Source: the human T2T-CHM13v2.0 reference genome, Homo sapiens. Taken from it: a DNA stretch of 64,000 nt. Location: the NCBI RefSeq assembly GCF_009914755.1, contig NC_060929.1; one strand, given 5' to 3'. The first letter of the stretch is position 1. The number at the start of each line of letters is the position of its first letter. Under the pieces are notes generated by a model. That model saw nothing but the letters and a program-made list of their open reading frames with translations. It did not search any database and had not been told where the DNA came from. The position numbers and the translations under genes were made by a program. Shown one piece after another: positions 14,226 to 34,106 of the stretch.

Positions 14226-14816
14226 ACAACAACAAAATTCTTGGACGTATACCTTTATGCACATCCTTATGAGGCTGGAGCCCTTGAGGTAGAGTCAACC
14301 AGAAGATTGAGGAGCAAGGTATTTACAGGGCTTTTGTCACATTCTGTCAGAGGGCAGAAACTTCAAGTCTACGCTCACTCTGCTATTACGGCAGATATAT
14401 CTAGGTACCTAGTTTAGCATTACTCCAGAAATAGGAGCTATCATTTGGAGAAAAATAATTTTATAGGTTGTCCTGAGTTTGGGATATTTATAACATCACT
14501 AGTCATACCTTATTGTAGCAGCACAAAGCTTTGGGGTCTGAAGGACCTCGGTCCTTGCCTCACTTTTTCTGTAACCTTGGATAAATTACTCAATCTTTCT
14601 GGGTTGAGGTTTTCCTACCTGTAGAATGTTTCCGTCCTACCTTCTGTTTTGAGGATTAAATGAAGTACTATAGGTAATATGGCTGCCACATGGTTTCCTC
14701 CCTCCAACCTTGTTTCTCCCCTTCTCATTTTAGAAACACAGACGGCAAATCCCAGACCTCCACAAGCTTTGGAGATTTGAGGCCCGTAGTAATCTAAGAA
14801 AACCATATTTATCTAA

Positions 14817-15149
14817 ACCAGACTGCAAACAGGGTATAGTCTGAAAATCTGTTCTGTTTGGCAGGCAGAATATTTAAAAACATTTTTAATTGGCTGCCAA
14901 CATTTAAAAATCTGGAGATTTTACATAAAAATCAAAATTTCCCTTTTCTCCTGGAAAACTCAGAAGGTGTGACAACACTGGGCCCTCGTCCTATTCTGAC
15001 GACTGTTAGCCGAACCGGGTGGTGGCAGCCATTCTGGACAGGCCTGGAGCACTGTCATCACGACATCATCTCTATTCCCTACTGTGCTACTCCCCGTCCA
15101 CCTCGCTCAAGCACCTGCCATCTGGAGGTGCTTGAGTTTGGTATCCCTG
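14817..15149. mobile_element. MER102-like hAT-Charlie element
   Basis: GGAGATTTTACATAAAAATC...GACAACACTGGGCCC core; ends GAGTTTGGTATCCCTG. Confidence 0.6.
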
Positions 15150-17468
15150 GTTGAGGGACGTCTTCTTTTTACTAGGGTGCCTTCTTTTGGGTTCTGTAGC
15201 AGATCATCAGACCCTTGAGTTAACAAGGAAGAGGAGAGGGTGCCAAAGGAGGAGTTGAAAGTAGCAGGGAAGCTCTCCCCTGGGCTGCTCTCCCCAGGTT
15301 TTTTGAACTCAGCCATCTAGGGGTCTAAGGCATCGAGGATGGGCAGGAGGAGATAAGGCAGAATTAAGCCATGTGTGCACACACAGGTGTTTCTAAATTC
15401 CAAACTCTCTACATGGAGGTCATGTGCAATTTCACGGTTAACTCCGATTGGCAGAACGTTAGGCGGGAGGAAAGTGGAAAGGCTGTGTCTGTGAAAGCAG
15501 AAATCACTAAGCTTGAAATCTGCTTCTGGCTCTGGCTCTTTTAACCTGGATCTCAGTTTTCTCATCTTAACAGAGTTATTGGAAGGATGAATTGATAAAA
15601 ATACATGATAATAAAACACCCATTTTTTGAATGAATGAATGAACAAATGTTTCTGCCTGGGAAGCTCTCCCAACTCATCCCCTTCCCCTTCAGATCAACT
15701 GTTATGCCATGGGAACCTTTTTAGAAGCCCCTCTTCTCCCCACCTGGATAAAGCGTGCTCTCCTAGTACCATAGACCACTCCTTCACAACACATATCATC
15801 GCTGTGTTCTTGCTGTTATGTATCTGATGATTTGATTCATGCCTGTCTCTTCTCCTAGACTCTAATCCCAAACCCTGAGAACAGTGCCTGCGTTTGTCAC
15901 TGTTTATCTCTAAGGCCTGTTATAGCCTGGATGCCCGGTACAGCTTTGCTGAATGAATAAGTGAATGAACAAAAGACTGCCAGGGCATCCCAGCACAGCA
16001 GCTATCAAATCACCACTAGGTGACCTTTCCTCGCCTCAAAATCTTTGGCGGTCCCTGCCCTGATTTCAGGCAGCCTACATTTGACCCACTGACCCATTTT
16101 ATGTGGCAGGAACACTGAACATTCACTTCTCCTTTGGTGAGCTTCGTGCAGAAAGCCTTTTTCCCAAAAGGAAAATAAACCAGAGCATTGAGACACGCAT
16201 TGAGTGGAGATACCCGAGAAACCCTGTGTTCCCTGGTGTGAGACAGTGGGTCAGGGTAGAATGCTGGCACCATGGCAGGCATTCCCTGCCTCTCCTCTCA
16301 CATGAAGAAATTAGCATATCCCCTCACCACATTACTTAGAGTTGGGTTTAAATAAATCCTGCTAATGATATGCAGGTCACCGATGCAGTGGTTCATTGCC
16401 TCTGGATTCTGTTTCCAACGGTGGCAGGAGAGAATGTTTTGTAGAGGAATCTAGTTCACAGTGATAATAGGTAATAACTGTCACTGCTCAGTGCCGGCTA
16501 CAGGCTAATCACTTTCAGTGCATACTTGCATTTCTTAGCAGCAATGCAAGCTGTCATGTATTGAGCCTTTTGTAAGACACACATGGTCTCCTTGGCCCTT
16601 TATATGCCCAGTCACTTTATAGATAGGTTCTGTGAATGTTGCCATTTTACAGATGAGCAAACTAAGGCACAGAGAAGTTAATTCACTGCCCCTTAATACC
16701 TATTATGGATCAGTTATCTAAGAATTTTCCAAAGCGCCCTTCCTTTGTCCTTGTTCTCATCCTCAGTACCCTCAGTTATATTGCCATCTCATGGTTCATA
16801 ACTGGGATCTCACTTTTCAAAGGGACAGGAAGTTAAAATGTGACTGCAGTCAAATAGCTAACTCTTCCTACTGACAGCTCAAGGTCTACATATGAATATC
16901 TATTCTCCAGCCCCGATCCACTTCCTTTTATTACCAAAAAATGCACTTACTTACACCCAGAGAACTCTGCAGAGAGGGGTAGGAACTGCCCCTTATAGCT
17001 GCTGTGGCTTGTTCATACTCCTTCAATGACACAGTGATTAAGAGCAGGCATCATGTCCTGACTCTTCTGTTTATTAGCACAGAACTCCTGATAAATTGTC
17101 TCTCTCTCCTTCCTTTATTTCTCTTGCTTGTCATATTGCATTGGCCAGACCATTCATTATCAAGTTGCATGTTAGCTGGAATGGCACCTAACTTATCCAG
17201 GCAATAGTTCTCTCATCTGAAAAGAGGAATTCCTGAGACTCATCTCATAGGGTTGTCATAAATATTAAGTAATCTAAGAAATTTAAAATAGTTAACTTAG
17301 TACCTGTCATGCACTAAGTAACCAACACACACTAGGTGCTGTCATTACCCACACAAAGTTCTGGTTATCCAGGGAGGAGGACTTTCTTGCGACCCAGAGA
17401 GGTGCCCAGTTGTTCTCTGGGCTCCTGCTTGTCCCTGCCAGGTGTCTCCTTTTCACTGCACCTGGTAG

Positions 17469-17765
<297 letters not shown>

Positions 17766-18314
17766 TGAGTGATCTTTACATTTAGCAAAAACAACCCCTC
17801 TTCGAGATACATTTTGCAGCTTTATATAATATCTAAACTGCTATTAACGGTAAATCATTGGCATGCCCACTGAGCTGCATTCCTTCTGTTGAGAACTTAG
17901 CTGTAGCTGGGAAAAAAATCAGAATGATTTCCTTTGGCTTTGGGAGAGCTGGGAGCATGTTTCTTAGGGGTTCAATGTAAATATCTACAAACAACACACA
18001 GAGAGCCAATAAAGAGTAAGATAAGTGCAACTCAACAAAAACCAGGAGCCTTCACAAGTGGAAATTGCAGCCCAGCATCTCTCTGACTGACACTGGCACC
18101 CAGGACAGGCAGGGGGAAGCTAGCAGAGGGGAGGGTGTTTGCAGGGCTTCATCTGACTCCTGATCACTGTGGTTTTAATATTTCATGTTCCCTCATTTGT
18201 CTGTTTTGGGACTTGGGACATTAGTGCTGCCTGGAGGGCAACCTCCAAATATCCTGAGTACTCATGCCTCAAAAGGGCAGCCTCTCCAGTGGTACCCCAA
18301 GTTTCCAGAAATAA

Positions 18315-19440
<1,126 letters not shown>

Positions 19441-22255
19441 CATGCAGTGTCATCCTTGATCTTTAAACAGCAAGGATGCTTGGCTGGGTTTGGTCAGGAG
19501 ATTGGCCAGACCAGCTGCTGCTCAGCTCCAGCCTCTGGTGGACCTTCAGGAAGTACCAGCCCCAAAACTGCCATGCACCCTATAGAGAACATTGCTCGGT
19601 GGCCACATGCTCAAGTTTTGGGGCCAGATGGCCCATCTGCAATCCTTGCTCCTCTACCACCTACTCTTCCCTTGACCTAAGAGACTCCAATTCCCCACCC
19701 ATAACAGTGAGATGCTAATAGTACCTTCTTTCTAGTTGTACCGTGAAAATAGAGTGAGAAAATGCACGTAGAGCACCCTGCATAGGACCTAGTGCATAGT
19801 AATAGCTGGTGAAATGTCAGTAACCGTCATCATTATCCTACTCCACCGCTTCCTCTCCCAAGCCTTTCCTGAGTCCTCTGGCTTACCTGCAGCCCTCCCT
19901 CTCCTCTGCAATGCAAGACCTCTTACAGTTCATCAGGACATAATTTAGCACTCAATTTGGGCCTGTCCTGTCACTGTAGTTTATTGCATCTGTCTTAGTC
20001 GGACCCTTCTACCTTCTCTGGAAAGATAAAATGAGGTAATGTCTGTGGAAGGGCTTATAAATTCCCAAGGCTCAAGCAGTTGGAGAGCACTGTTTTCATA
20101 ATTTACAATTATAAGCCTCTTGAGGGCAGAGATGCTGCCATCCCTTGAACCTCCTGCCCTGCTGGGTGTCAAGTCAGAGCTTACTATTTGTTTATCAGCT
20201 GATTAAGTATGTTGCAGTGTGAGAGCCTAAAAGTACACGTTGAGCTTTGTCCTCAGCAAGATATTCAATTCAGCCCACTCTGTGCTGAGCAGAGAGGAAA
20301 AAGGCATGATCCCCAACCTCAAAAAACTTACTGTCTAGTGAGCAAAACAGACATGCCAATAATAATATTTTTTGCATTGCCCTTTGGCATTGTGCAATAA
20401 TGGGGAAAAAGGCAAAGGAACAGGGTGGTGCCAAAGTACTTTGAGAGCAGAGAGGAGGGAGCAGATGGGTACAGCTTACCCTGAAAGCCACTGCTATGGA
20501 AGCTCCTAGAAGGAAGCCCAAACTCCTCAGTGCCCCCTCAGCTTTCGTTCCCTATACCTCCTCAGGGAGGCTCATTGCTCCAGGCACACATGCTGGCTTT
20601 CTACTCCATAAGTTCATCTTGCCATCACCCGATAGACTCCTCTAAATTCCTCAAAACCAAACGATTTCATCTATTGATGTATATCCTTTGTCCACTTATG
20701 TTCCATGAGAGTAGAGTCTGTGTCTCGTCCATCTTTATATCTGTTTCATTACTGCACACCACACCATGCCCAGAACCCACCGTGTGCTTAGTAATGAATG
20801 TGTAAGACTCAGAGAAATTAGTGACTGTTGGAGGTCCCAGTGGCCACACAGGCAGACCTGAGAGGAAATCCCAGGCACCTGACTTCCTGCCCCGCCCTTT
20901 CCCTGGTCTCTTAGTGATCTCTTAACCCATGGGGAGAGCGTTTCTTTTCCCTGTTCACATTATGGTGAGAAGTAGACAAAGACCTATACTTGAGCCCAAC
21001 AGTCCCCTGGCCCAGCCCAGGGGGATTACCCCAAACTTCAGGTTCAAGGTGAAGAGAAAACCCCAGCCTGGCCCATATACTTGATTCCTCTTCCCAGCAC
21101 ATAAAGCATTTTTATGCTGCTTGCTGAGCTGTCCGTGGGTTTACAGCCGTGGCTTCTCCACTCGGCACTTGGTTTTATTTATTTTTATGCTTGGATGCAG
21201 AGAGAGCACTTTTGCTACACAGCTCACACTGCATTTTGGCAACCTCCCCTCTCTCCTCCTCCTACCTCCCCCAGCTTCTCCATTTAGGTGCATTTTCCAT
21301 TTTAAACTGAAGGTGAAATGTAATGGCTATCCCTAGAGATTGCCAGCCTCCGGTCCACCCTGCATCTCCCCTGACTCTGCAGACCGTCCTGACCTCCTTC
21401 GGTCTAAGAGAGTGAGGTGATCTATTGACTCTCGTCTAAGACAGAGGAGAGAAGAATTATCCACTATGTCTAGGGTTTCTTTGTTTAGAATTTTTTCTCT
21501 TAAGATGGAGAAGACCTACTATTAAAAAAAAAGTCTTAATTTTTTTTTAATATTCTAGCACCACCCCTTCCACCTCTATGCTACCTGACTCTACTTCCAC
21601 ACATCAAATAATCCCATTAAAAAGTGACAGGATTGGCAGAGTAGAAGAATCCCAGGACTGCATATCAGGAGAACTGGGGCCTGGTCCCAACTTTGTCCCT
21701 GGAAACTCTGACCTTGAGCCACCTTGCTCACTTCTCTGTGAACCATTTATCTTTGGAAAAGGGGGCCAACACCTCCCTGAGGAGGCTGAGGGAATCAAAG
21801 GTTTCCTTCACTAAACACGAGCACGTGGGAGGCAGGGACTGAAGAGCAAGGCCCTGGAGACACACACGGGGGCTTGCATCCTGACCCTGCTTTTAGTGAG
21901 GCGTTTTGACCCGGGACAGGTTGCTGGGCCTCTCTGAACCTCTGTTTCTGACCCGGACAATGAAGATGCTGTCAGTTACCTCTCAGAGTGGTTGTGAAGA
22001 ATCAGAGCACGTAAATAAAGGGTTTAGCCTCATCTGTGCCTACTCAATTGTTTATCAAGAAACTCCGGTGAGAGGCCAGAGGAAGGTCGTCCTCTCTAGG
22101 AAGCCCCCGGCCCCTCTGTATGGGGGTGGATCTGGGTCAGAGCAAGGTTTCCCCTCAGTCCCAGGAAGCACAGCTACGCCTGAGTCCCTTCCTCAGCAAG
22201 CGCTCTGCAAACCCGGTGGTGCCACCTCACCTTTGTCCCTGTGACCTTCCTGTAG

Positions 22256-22447
<192 letters not shown>

Positions 22448-23949
22448 TAGGGAAATAGAAAATGAACGGAAGTAGGACCTGAGAGAGGCTGTACTGAGCA
22501 TCTCCCTTCCCGTGGGGAGTATTTTCAAAGAGAGATGTCGTGGGGAAATGCTTCGGTGACAGCTCCTCAAAGGGAGCATTGAGTACCTGCGAGGGGCTGC
22601 AACTGCCACCGCTGCTGCAGCCCCAATAAACGCTGTGTTACATTTGCAGTAAAAGTTCCACAAATCACTAAACCAATTAAATAAAAACACAAATTTGTGC
22701 TTTCTGATTAACAGATAAATCACATTAAAATGCTCCCCATCTGGTTACTCCCATTAGCATCTCCATGCTCAGGATTTGGTGGGGGAAGTGGAGAGTGGGG
22801 GAAGCCAGCCCAGCCAATCCTGCTTGTACTGCAGAAGCCTGGGTTTGGCGGGGAGTTGGACTCTGCAGGGAAATGCAGAACTCTTTGGCTGCTTCCCTCC
22901 CGCCCATCCTCCCCACATGTTTTCTGGCTGCCTGAGCAGCAGGACCCCAGGGACCCCTCTTAGCCCACTTAGAGAGGCCAGGCCAGCGACTTACAGAGTC
23001 AGAATGTTAGGAGAGGATTGATAGCTTTTGGTGGGGGGAAGGTATAGTGATCTTGTTAAAAACAGCTGAGCTGTTAACTGTTTTCACTGTTTGTAAGATA
23101 ATACACAAATACACACACATGTGCTTGCACCAAGAGACACCTAATACCTGCCCCGCGTGTACCTCCACATAGATGTTTGCCAATGCCTATGCCCAAGACA
23201 CACACACATACACACACACACACACACACAGGATACATTCAAGCACACACTAATGTATGTGCACTTGCCTGCACAGAGTCCACATCACACAGGCCCCCGT
23301 CTAGATCCACATATATCTTCCAGATTGTATCAAATGGAAGATGCCATCGATCATACACCATTCTTTTTATTGTGCCATGTCATGATTCCTTCAGGGCCAA
23401 CTGCAGTTATAAGATGCCATTAGGTGTAAAGTAAGATTCAGACTGTTTCCAGAGATGTTAAAATACGAAAAACACACACCTCTTAGAATAGATGAAATGT
23501 CTTAGGTATACATGCACAGGAAAACATCTGTATCAGGGGGCATTTATTCATTCCATAGCCTCACAAATCCATGCCCAAGTGTGCATGGAGGTGGGAGCAG
23601 AGATGCAATGATGGGAACCCTGAATGCAACTAACTGGGTTCAGCTCCATGCTTACTGGCTGCTTTACGAGATACCATTTCTTTATCTGCAAAATGGAGAT
23701 ACTCATGGGATTATTACAAGGGTGATTCAAGTAACCACACTAGTGCAGGTAGAGTGATTAACACAGTCCCTGGTATACTGTAAATATAGCTATTACTATT
23801 GTGATTATAGACATAGCACAGATATGTAAATATGTGCACATGGCTCATTGGCTCTGGTATAATGAAAATGTCTTCACCAAGGCCTCTTTGAGTTGAATGT
23901 GCCTTTGATACACATCTGTGTTGCAACAAACCTTGTTTTCTTCCTTTAG

Positions 23950-24168
<219 letters not shown>

Positions 24169-24376
24169 TGAGTGCTGCCCCCATCCCCAGGAGACTCCCC
24201 AGTCAATAGCCCTCATCATAATCACCAGCATTTCTCATCTACTGTGTTTCTCTAACTACACAGCAATTACAGCTGCCTCGTGAGGTAGTGAGTTCCCCGT
24301 CACTGGAATGAGGTGTTCAAAGAGAGGCTGGAGGATGTTTGCTGGCAGAGATTTGCTTTCAGGAGTTACTGTAGAG

Positions 24377-25214
24377 CAGTCGTTCTCAGGCTTTTTGGTT
24401 CCAGAACCTTCTTTCTCTCTTAAAAATTATTGAGGATCCCAAAGAACTTGTGTGTATAAAGATAATCTCTATCTACATTTACTACATGAGAAATTAAAAC
24501 TAAGAAAATGTTTTTTGAAGTGTTCATTTATTTGAAAATAACAATAATGGTCCAGGCATGGTGGCTGATGCCTGTAATCCCAGCACTTTGGGAGGCTGAG
24601 GTGGGCAGATTACTTGAGCTCAGGAGTTCGAGACCAGCCTGGGTAACACGGTGAAACCCTGCCTCTACAAAAAATACAAAAATTAGCTGGGCGTGGTGAT
24701 GCGCACCTATAATCCCAGCTATTTGGGGCCTGAGACAGGAGGATTACCTGAACCCAGGAGGTTGAGGCTACAGTGAGTCATGATGGGGCCACTGCACTCC
24801 ATCCAGCCTGGGTAACAAAGAGAGACCCTGTCTCAAAAAATAAATAAAATCTTAAAAATAAAAATAGCACTAATAAACCCATTACATGTTAACATAAACT
24901 GCAATTTTAGGAAAAATAGCTCTATTTTCCAATAAAAAATCAGTGAAAATCATGAGATTGCTTCACATTTCTGCAAATCTCTTTAATGTCTGACTTAAGA
25001 GAAGACATCTAGATTCTCATGTCTGCTTCTGCAATCTGTTGCGATCACACATCACGCAGCCTCAGAAAGCTCCATCGTACACTCATGGGAGAATGAGAAT
25101 GAAAAGGATAAATAACAGCTTTCATGTTATTGTGAAAACAGTGTGATCTTGTGGTTCCTGAGAGGGTCTTGGGAACCTCAAGTGTCCCTGGAGCACAGTT
25201 TCTGAACCACTACT
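24377..25214. mobile_element. Charlie4a/MER80-like DNA transposon interrupted by an Alu
   Basis: CAGTCGTTCTCA...CTTAAAAATTATTGAGGATCCCAAAGA start; end CAGTTTCTGAACCACTACTG. Confidence 0.6.
24549..24865 (+). mobile_element. AluJ-like element
   Basis: Full dimer with GGATTACCTGAACCCAGGAGGTTGAGGCTACAG and GAGACCCTGTCTC; degenerate A-tail. Confidence 0.93.
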
Positions 25215-25353
25215 GTAGTGGCCTATTTACCCATCACGTGACGAATTGGATTAGGTCACCAGTAGGCTTCCTTCAGTCTGTGAGCCTATGGTTCAACTCT
25301 GGGGTGAGGGAAATACAAAAGAAATGGCTAATCTGATCTCCAACCTCACTTGA

Positions 25354-25852
<499 letters not shown>

Positions 25853-26003
25853 GGGAATCTGAATTTTTAAAAGTGTCCTAGGCTCCTTGGATGATCAGCC
25901 AGGTTTGGAAGCACTGATATGTAGAGATGTATGACAGATGTGTGTTTGGACAGAGGAAATTAGGGGCCATTTTAGGCAGTATGGGTGGCACAGATGTCTA
26001 GAG

Positions 26004-26219
26004 CAGAGTTTCTCAACCTCAGCACTATTGATATTTTGGGCCTGAAAATTCTTCATTGTGGGGCTGTGCTATGCATCGTAGGATGCTAGCAGCATCCCTA
26101 ACCACTACCCCGTAGGTTCTAGTAGCATCCCCCATTCCCAGTTGTGACAACCAAAAAACGTTTCCAGATACTGCCGATGTCCCTTGGGGGACAACATCAC
26201 CTTTAGTTGAGAACCACTG
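26004..26219. mobile_element. MER20 hAT-Charlie MITE
   Basis: Terminal inverted repeats CAGAGTTTCTCAACC...GTTGAGAACCACTG; internal CAGTTGTGACAACCAAAAA. Confidence 0.85.
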
Positions 26220-26539
26220 ATCTATAAAAGACTAACATGGTCAGGAAGGATAAAGAGTGTGTTTTCACAGGCTTAGAGCCAGAAGCCAGGTGATGAGGAT
26301 ATGAATGCTGAACCATTCCAGCCCACAGGTCCAGCCCACATGGCCCATTACAGGCAACGGGGAAATGTTGTGGCCATGTATATAGGAGAGTGGGTGTGAC
26401 ACAGTGAAACCTGAGTGAGTAATTATTCTGGAAGCTGTACATAGGATGGTAAGAAGAAGAAAGTTCTCAGCATCCATGATCTTCCCTTCCTCTAGACCCA
26501 GACCCTTTAAAGTAGTGATGGCCTCTGCTAGGTCAGTGA

Positions 26540-28207
<1,668 letters not shown>

Positions 28208-29711
28208 TTGATTAATAGAAATAAAAAGAAAACAACACAGAAAGAGGAAAGAAGAAAAGAGATAAATAAATAGAGAAAGGGAGGAAGGAGGCAGAGAAGT
28301 AGCCAGCTCACTTGGAGTACATAGTACACAGAAGTCACATGGGGTGATATTAGGGTGCCGTATAAGTGGGTGTCAGTGTGGCCAAGCATGGTCTTTAGTG
28401 GGCCAGCAGCCAGTGCTGGGCAACAGACAGGATTCGCATGGCAGGGAGCATATAAATGCAAGGATAGGGCCAACTGCTGAGCCAGGGAGCACATTAACTC
28501 AGCCTAACTCCCAGCATTGCACCGTTTAGCACAAATTAAGTTACAGCCTTTAAAATGGGGTTGACAGGTCGCAAGTCTGGTCTGCTCAGTCTGCTGTACT
28601 TTAATCCAAATATTCTTCTCTCCGGTGGTAAATATTCATCTGTAACCTTTTCATTATGCTTGCCTGCCCTGCGTACCTGCTCTACCATGGTTATTTGCAG
28701 GATCAAATGCAACTGGTGGTGGGCTGGGCTGGTTACAAATATGAATTTGGTTATAGGCGAGACATAGGATTAGTTCTAAGGCTTTTCTAAGTGGATCTCC
28801 TGGGATTGAACAGCTCTGTGGCCTTTTAACATGAGGCAAGGGAGAGAGTACGTGTTCCTGGGACACAACATCTCCCCTGGTTCAGTGCCAGGAGGCAGGT
28901 GCAAAAGAAAAGGGGAAGGGCTAATATTTGCTAAATGTCCTTTTCTTGAGACTGAGGGCTTTATATCCTATAAAACCCTCTAAGGGGAGTGTTAATTTTC
29001 CCTATTTCATGGACAAGAAATATGTGGGGCAGAGATGTAAAGTGGTTTGCCTAAGGTTACAAAGCTAGTTAGTGATGGAACTGGTACTTGAACCCCATGA
29101 TCTGTCTGTTTCAAAAACTATGTTCTAGTACATCATCCTTTTTAAAAAGATTGATGAACAGCATTCTCTTTATTAACTGTTTACCATGTACTAGGCATTT
29201 TACACGCATTGTTGTTTTACCCTCCAATACTTATACAAGTTAGGTATTATTGCTTTCCTGCATTTTGCTAATAGGAAAACTGAGGCTCACAGAATTTAAG
29301 CAGCTTGCACAAGGTCACAACTAGGAAGTGATGGAGCTTGGATTTGAACTCAGGCCTACTTTTTGACAAAACATTGAGTTCTTAATGCTCTCTTCTCTTG
29401 CCTTCACTTGTTAAAAAGCTGATAAGCAGTCTGAGAGGGTGACAGATCTCATTTCTCACTTAGGTATCCAAGTAGGAAATGATAATTGAAAGCCAAAGTC
29501 TCTTTGTAGGGAGTCTGCAGTTGCCCAGCCCTCTGGGGCCCCAGTTCCGCGCATACATTCAGCCTGTGGCATAACAACCTCACCAGCCATCCTCCTGGTA
29601 CAACTTCAGGGGACTTGTGTCACGGGCTTCCCTAGGACAGATTTGGATTCTCCTCTTGGGCCAACACCAGTGGCTAAGATCAGTAAACATGACCTAGAAC
29701 CTTCTCTAAAA

Positions 29712-30020
29712 CAGGGGTCTGCAAACTTTCTGGAAGGGATCAGATGGGCAGTATTTGAGTCTTTGTGGCCCATGCAGTCTCTGTCACAACTACTCAGCTC
29801 CGCTGTTGTAGTGGGAGAGCAGCCACTGAAAACCCAAAAATGCGCGGGTATTGCTGTGTTCCAATAAAACTCTATGGACACTAACATTTGAACTTTCTAT
29901 CATTTTCACGTTACAAAATACTCTTTTTCCCTCCATTGAAAACTCTTCTTAGCCTCTGGGCCTTACAAAAACAGGCAGTGAACCAGATTTGACCGCAGGG
30001 CCATAGTTTGCCAACCCCTG
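29712..30020. mobile_element. MER58B-like MITE
   Basis: Terminal inverted repeats CAGGGGTCTGCAAAC...GTTTGCCAACCCCTG; about 310 bp. Confidence 0.8.
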
Positions 30021-31593
30021 CCCTAGACTTAATCCAGAGTGATTTTCTTCCCAGAGCAGGCTGTTGGCCACATGGCTTGAGAAAGAAAATGGTTTTCCTG
30101 AAAATCATAGAAATACCTTCACTGAGATTTATTCATTCGTGTTAAACATTGCCATCTCTTAAGAAGAGAAATCTATTTAAGGCAGAAACAGGCATCAGAA
30201 GTAAATCAATGAAACACCTAACTTCTTAGCATAGAGTAAGTTCATCAGACAGAGGCAATTCAATTTAATTTGGAACTAGGTTTTGGTCATTTCTTATGTG
30301 TGAAAGAACCATAGTCTCTGCCATGAAAAAGCTCACAATCTGGGCAGGATGGAGGGTGTGAGGTGGGCTGGGGGGATGAGGAAGCCTACAAGGAGCTGGA
30401 GGGTGGATCCTAAGAGAAGCAAAGACGAAGGCTGTGGAAAGCCAAAGGAAGGAAAACAACTCCTAACTGGGGGGTGAATTGTTTTCATGGACTGTGGTAT
30501 TTGACATCTGTCCAAAGGGTTCACAAGAGAGGGATGCTGATAAGGGAAAATGTTCCAAGGAAAGGAAGTAGTAGGATCCATTGGATATCCAGATAATGAT
30601 GAAAAAATGGGTGAAGGCCATACTGGCCTAGCTTTGAATGCTAGCCAGAGGAGTTCTTGATTCCTTAGTTGGCAGACATGTCAGGCCCAGGAAAAGATTT
30701 TTTGGAGTCATGGTGGTCATTGGGTAGAATAGAGGGAGGAAAGACCTTGAATACCTAAATAAAAGACGTGGGTAAAGAAGAAATGGGAGGTAGGGAAAGG
30801 GAAGAGGGGTCAGGAGTGGGACCAGTGACCGCTGACTTTTTTCATTCAGTTTGCCATATTGTCAGCTTAAAAGGACTAAAGACAGACCTAGAAGAGGCAT
30901 GACAAGGGTCTGACCCACATAGTGCTTTTCCAATATCTGTGCCTGTTGCAGGCATCACTAATCCACCATGGGACTCTTTTCCACTGTCTGAACACAGCTC
31001 CTTACCATCCTGCCATAGGCAGTTGCTTTCAAATTTTCAGAGTTGGGGTGCAAAATGACATTTATTTGCATATTCTATAGCAGTGCTTCACAAATTTTAG
31101 CATGCATATGTTTCACCCAAGGATCTTTTACAGATCCGGACTCAGTTGGTTCTCAGATAGTCCAGAGTCTCCACTTCTAACAAACTTACGGGTAATGCTG
31201 ACACTACTGGTCAAAGGGCCGCCTTTGAGTAGTGAGTCCAGAGTGAAAGAATTCTGAGCTTAGAGTTAGAAGACCTAAATACAAACTCGGATCTGTTCTT
31301 ACAAGTTGTGTGACCTTCAACAAGTGGCCTGGCTTCTCTGGCCTCGAAGGGGACAATTTAGGTTAATAAGGCAACTCAGTGGAATTGAGGAGATCAAATG
31401 AGATCATGGGAAGATGTACTCTGCAATTGATTTGAGAGCTATAAATTCATTCAATAGTATTATTATTAATGATAATATAGCAATGATGATGATTAAACAC
31501 CACTAGACAACTCTGTTTGTAGGGGCTGAGCCCTGGCATAAGGTTGCAGGGTGACAGCACTGATAAGGACCTCAGTGACTAACTAGTCATTAG

Positions 31594-31827
<234 letters not shown>

Positions 31828-32836
31828 TAAGACTCGTTGTCCACAGGGAAGAAGGATGGGGAAGAGAACCCATTGGGGCCACCAAACTGAGCTGGTGGCA
31901 GAACAGACCCCAGTGTCTTTCTAGTTCCTTCTCTATCTTAGCCAGTTTTTCCCCCCTTTTCCTCTTGGGCAAAGAATCACCCTCCAATTAGCTGGGCTCT
32001 GCCCCTGACAAGGCTGAAGCCAGGAAGGATGGGAGAGCCAGGGTTATGGCTCAGCAAATCCTCAGCAAGCATCGAGCATTTGCTCAACTGGATGCAGTCA
32101 GCCTATTTGTTGCTCAGGTTGATCTCAGAGTGGCCCCAGGGAGTCCACAGACAGAGTGTGGCTGGGCAAGTGATAGGCAGGGTGGAGACAGGGGGCCTTG
32201 TCCATGCTGAGCACATGCTCCCAGAGGGACATCTCCTCAGCATTTGTGAAGGTTGTACATTGACAATGGTGTGTTCAGGCTCTGATAAAGGAACAGTAGA
32301 GGAAGTGCCGTGAAGGCTGATGTCCACCTGTTCTAGATCAGATTGCAAAGTCACTGATGAGGCCACAAGGTGGGGCCTCTGTGGGACCCAAGGCTGTATG
32401 CCTCCCAGCTGCCCAGCTCATTCCCCCTACCCCATGCCCAGGTTGTAATGGAGCACTTGAGTGTCTTAGAGTAGGTCCTCCCCTCTGGATGGGACAGTCA
32501 GAAACAGGATCTGCTTTGCAAGATGAAGGACCCTTCAGGGAGAGGCAGCCCCTCCCAGCAGCCTCACGAAGTGCCACAGCAGAGCAGGTGGAGCTCAGCT
32601 TGGGTCTTAACCTCCCCTCACCTTCTCACCTTCTCAGACAGGCACCCATGAGCAGGGGACAATAACTGTGCAGCTAGCACGGTGTTCTGCTGGCCCTGAA
32701 GTTAGAATCTCACCAACGATTCAGGGAGACTGATTTAGGGGGTTGGCTGGGACACCTAAAGAAATCCTTTGAGGACACCTCTGGGAAATTAGGCTCAGAC
32801 CTCAGCTCCTTTGTTGCAGATCACAGGAAATCATGA

Positions 32837-33406
<570 letters not shown>

Positions 33407-34019
33407 TAATACAGAACCCAGGCCTCATGTCAGAGGCACTTTTTCAACCACAGGGCATTCAGGCATTGCCAGCACGTAGAAACCCTCAGGCTAAGAAGGG
33501 GTGTTGATAAAATCAAACCTTCCAGCAAACACCAGTAAGAAGCCACAGCAATGTAGTCATCACTGTCCCCTGAGTGCTAGTCTCCTCTGTGTGTGTCCAG
33601 CTAGGATTCAAACAAGACTGGATTAAGGAGGTGTCTCCAAGTCTCAGCTCTTTGGCCTGGACAGTAATTCTTAATATTTTTGGAGCCACTGCCTCTTTGA
33701 GAGTCTAATGAACACTGGGAACCCTTCCCCGAGAAAACAAATGGACACATTCAATATTGCCTAAAAATTCAGACTGCTAATAAACCCAGGTTAGTACTTA
33801 CTTGGCCTAAGTCCAGGGAGAGCTTACACTTAATGTTGGGAAAGAATTCTTAAGGGTAAGGTGAGAGCGTGTTTCTGGGTCTTGCAATATTTATTCTGCT
33901 TTCGGGTAGATGGGAGGCCCGGGGACCTGGCTGGGTTTCTGCCAAGCTTCTCCGATACCCAGGTTTCATAAATGTGTTTGTTGCTTTCCTGCCCTTGCCA
34001 CCCCTCTGCCCACGGACAG

Positions 34020-34106
34020 TCCATGTGGATTGAGAGAACCTCCTTCGTGACTGCATACAAGCTGCCGGGGATCCTGCGCTGGTTTGAGGTGGTGCACATG
34101 TCGCAG
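34020..34106 (+). CDS. DOCK2: DOCK2 coding exon (44): [29 protein letters not shown]
   Basis: cacggacAG acceptor, CAG|GTGAGT donor; 87 nt; DHR-2 motif [10 protein letters not shown]. Confidence 0.96.
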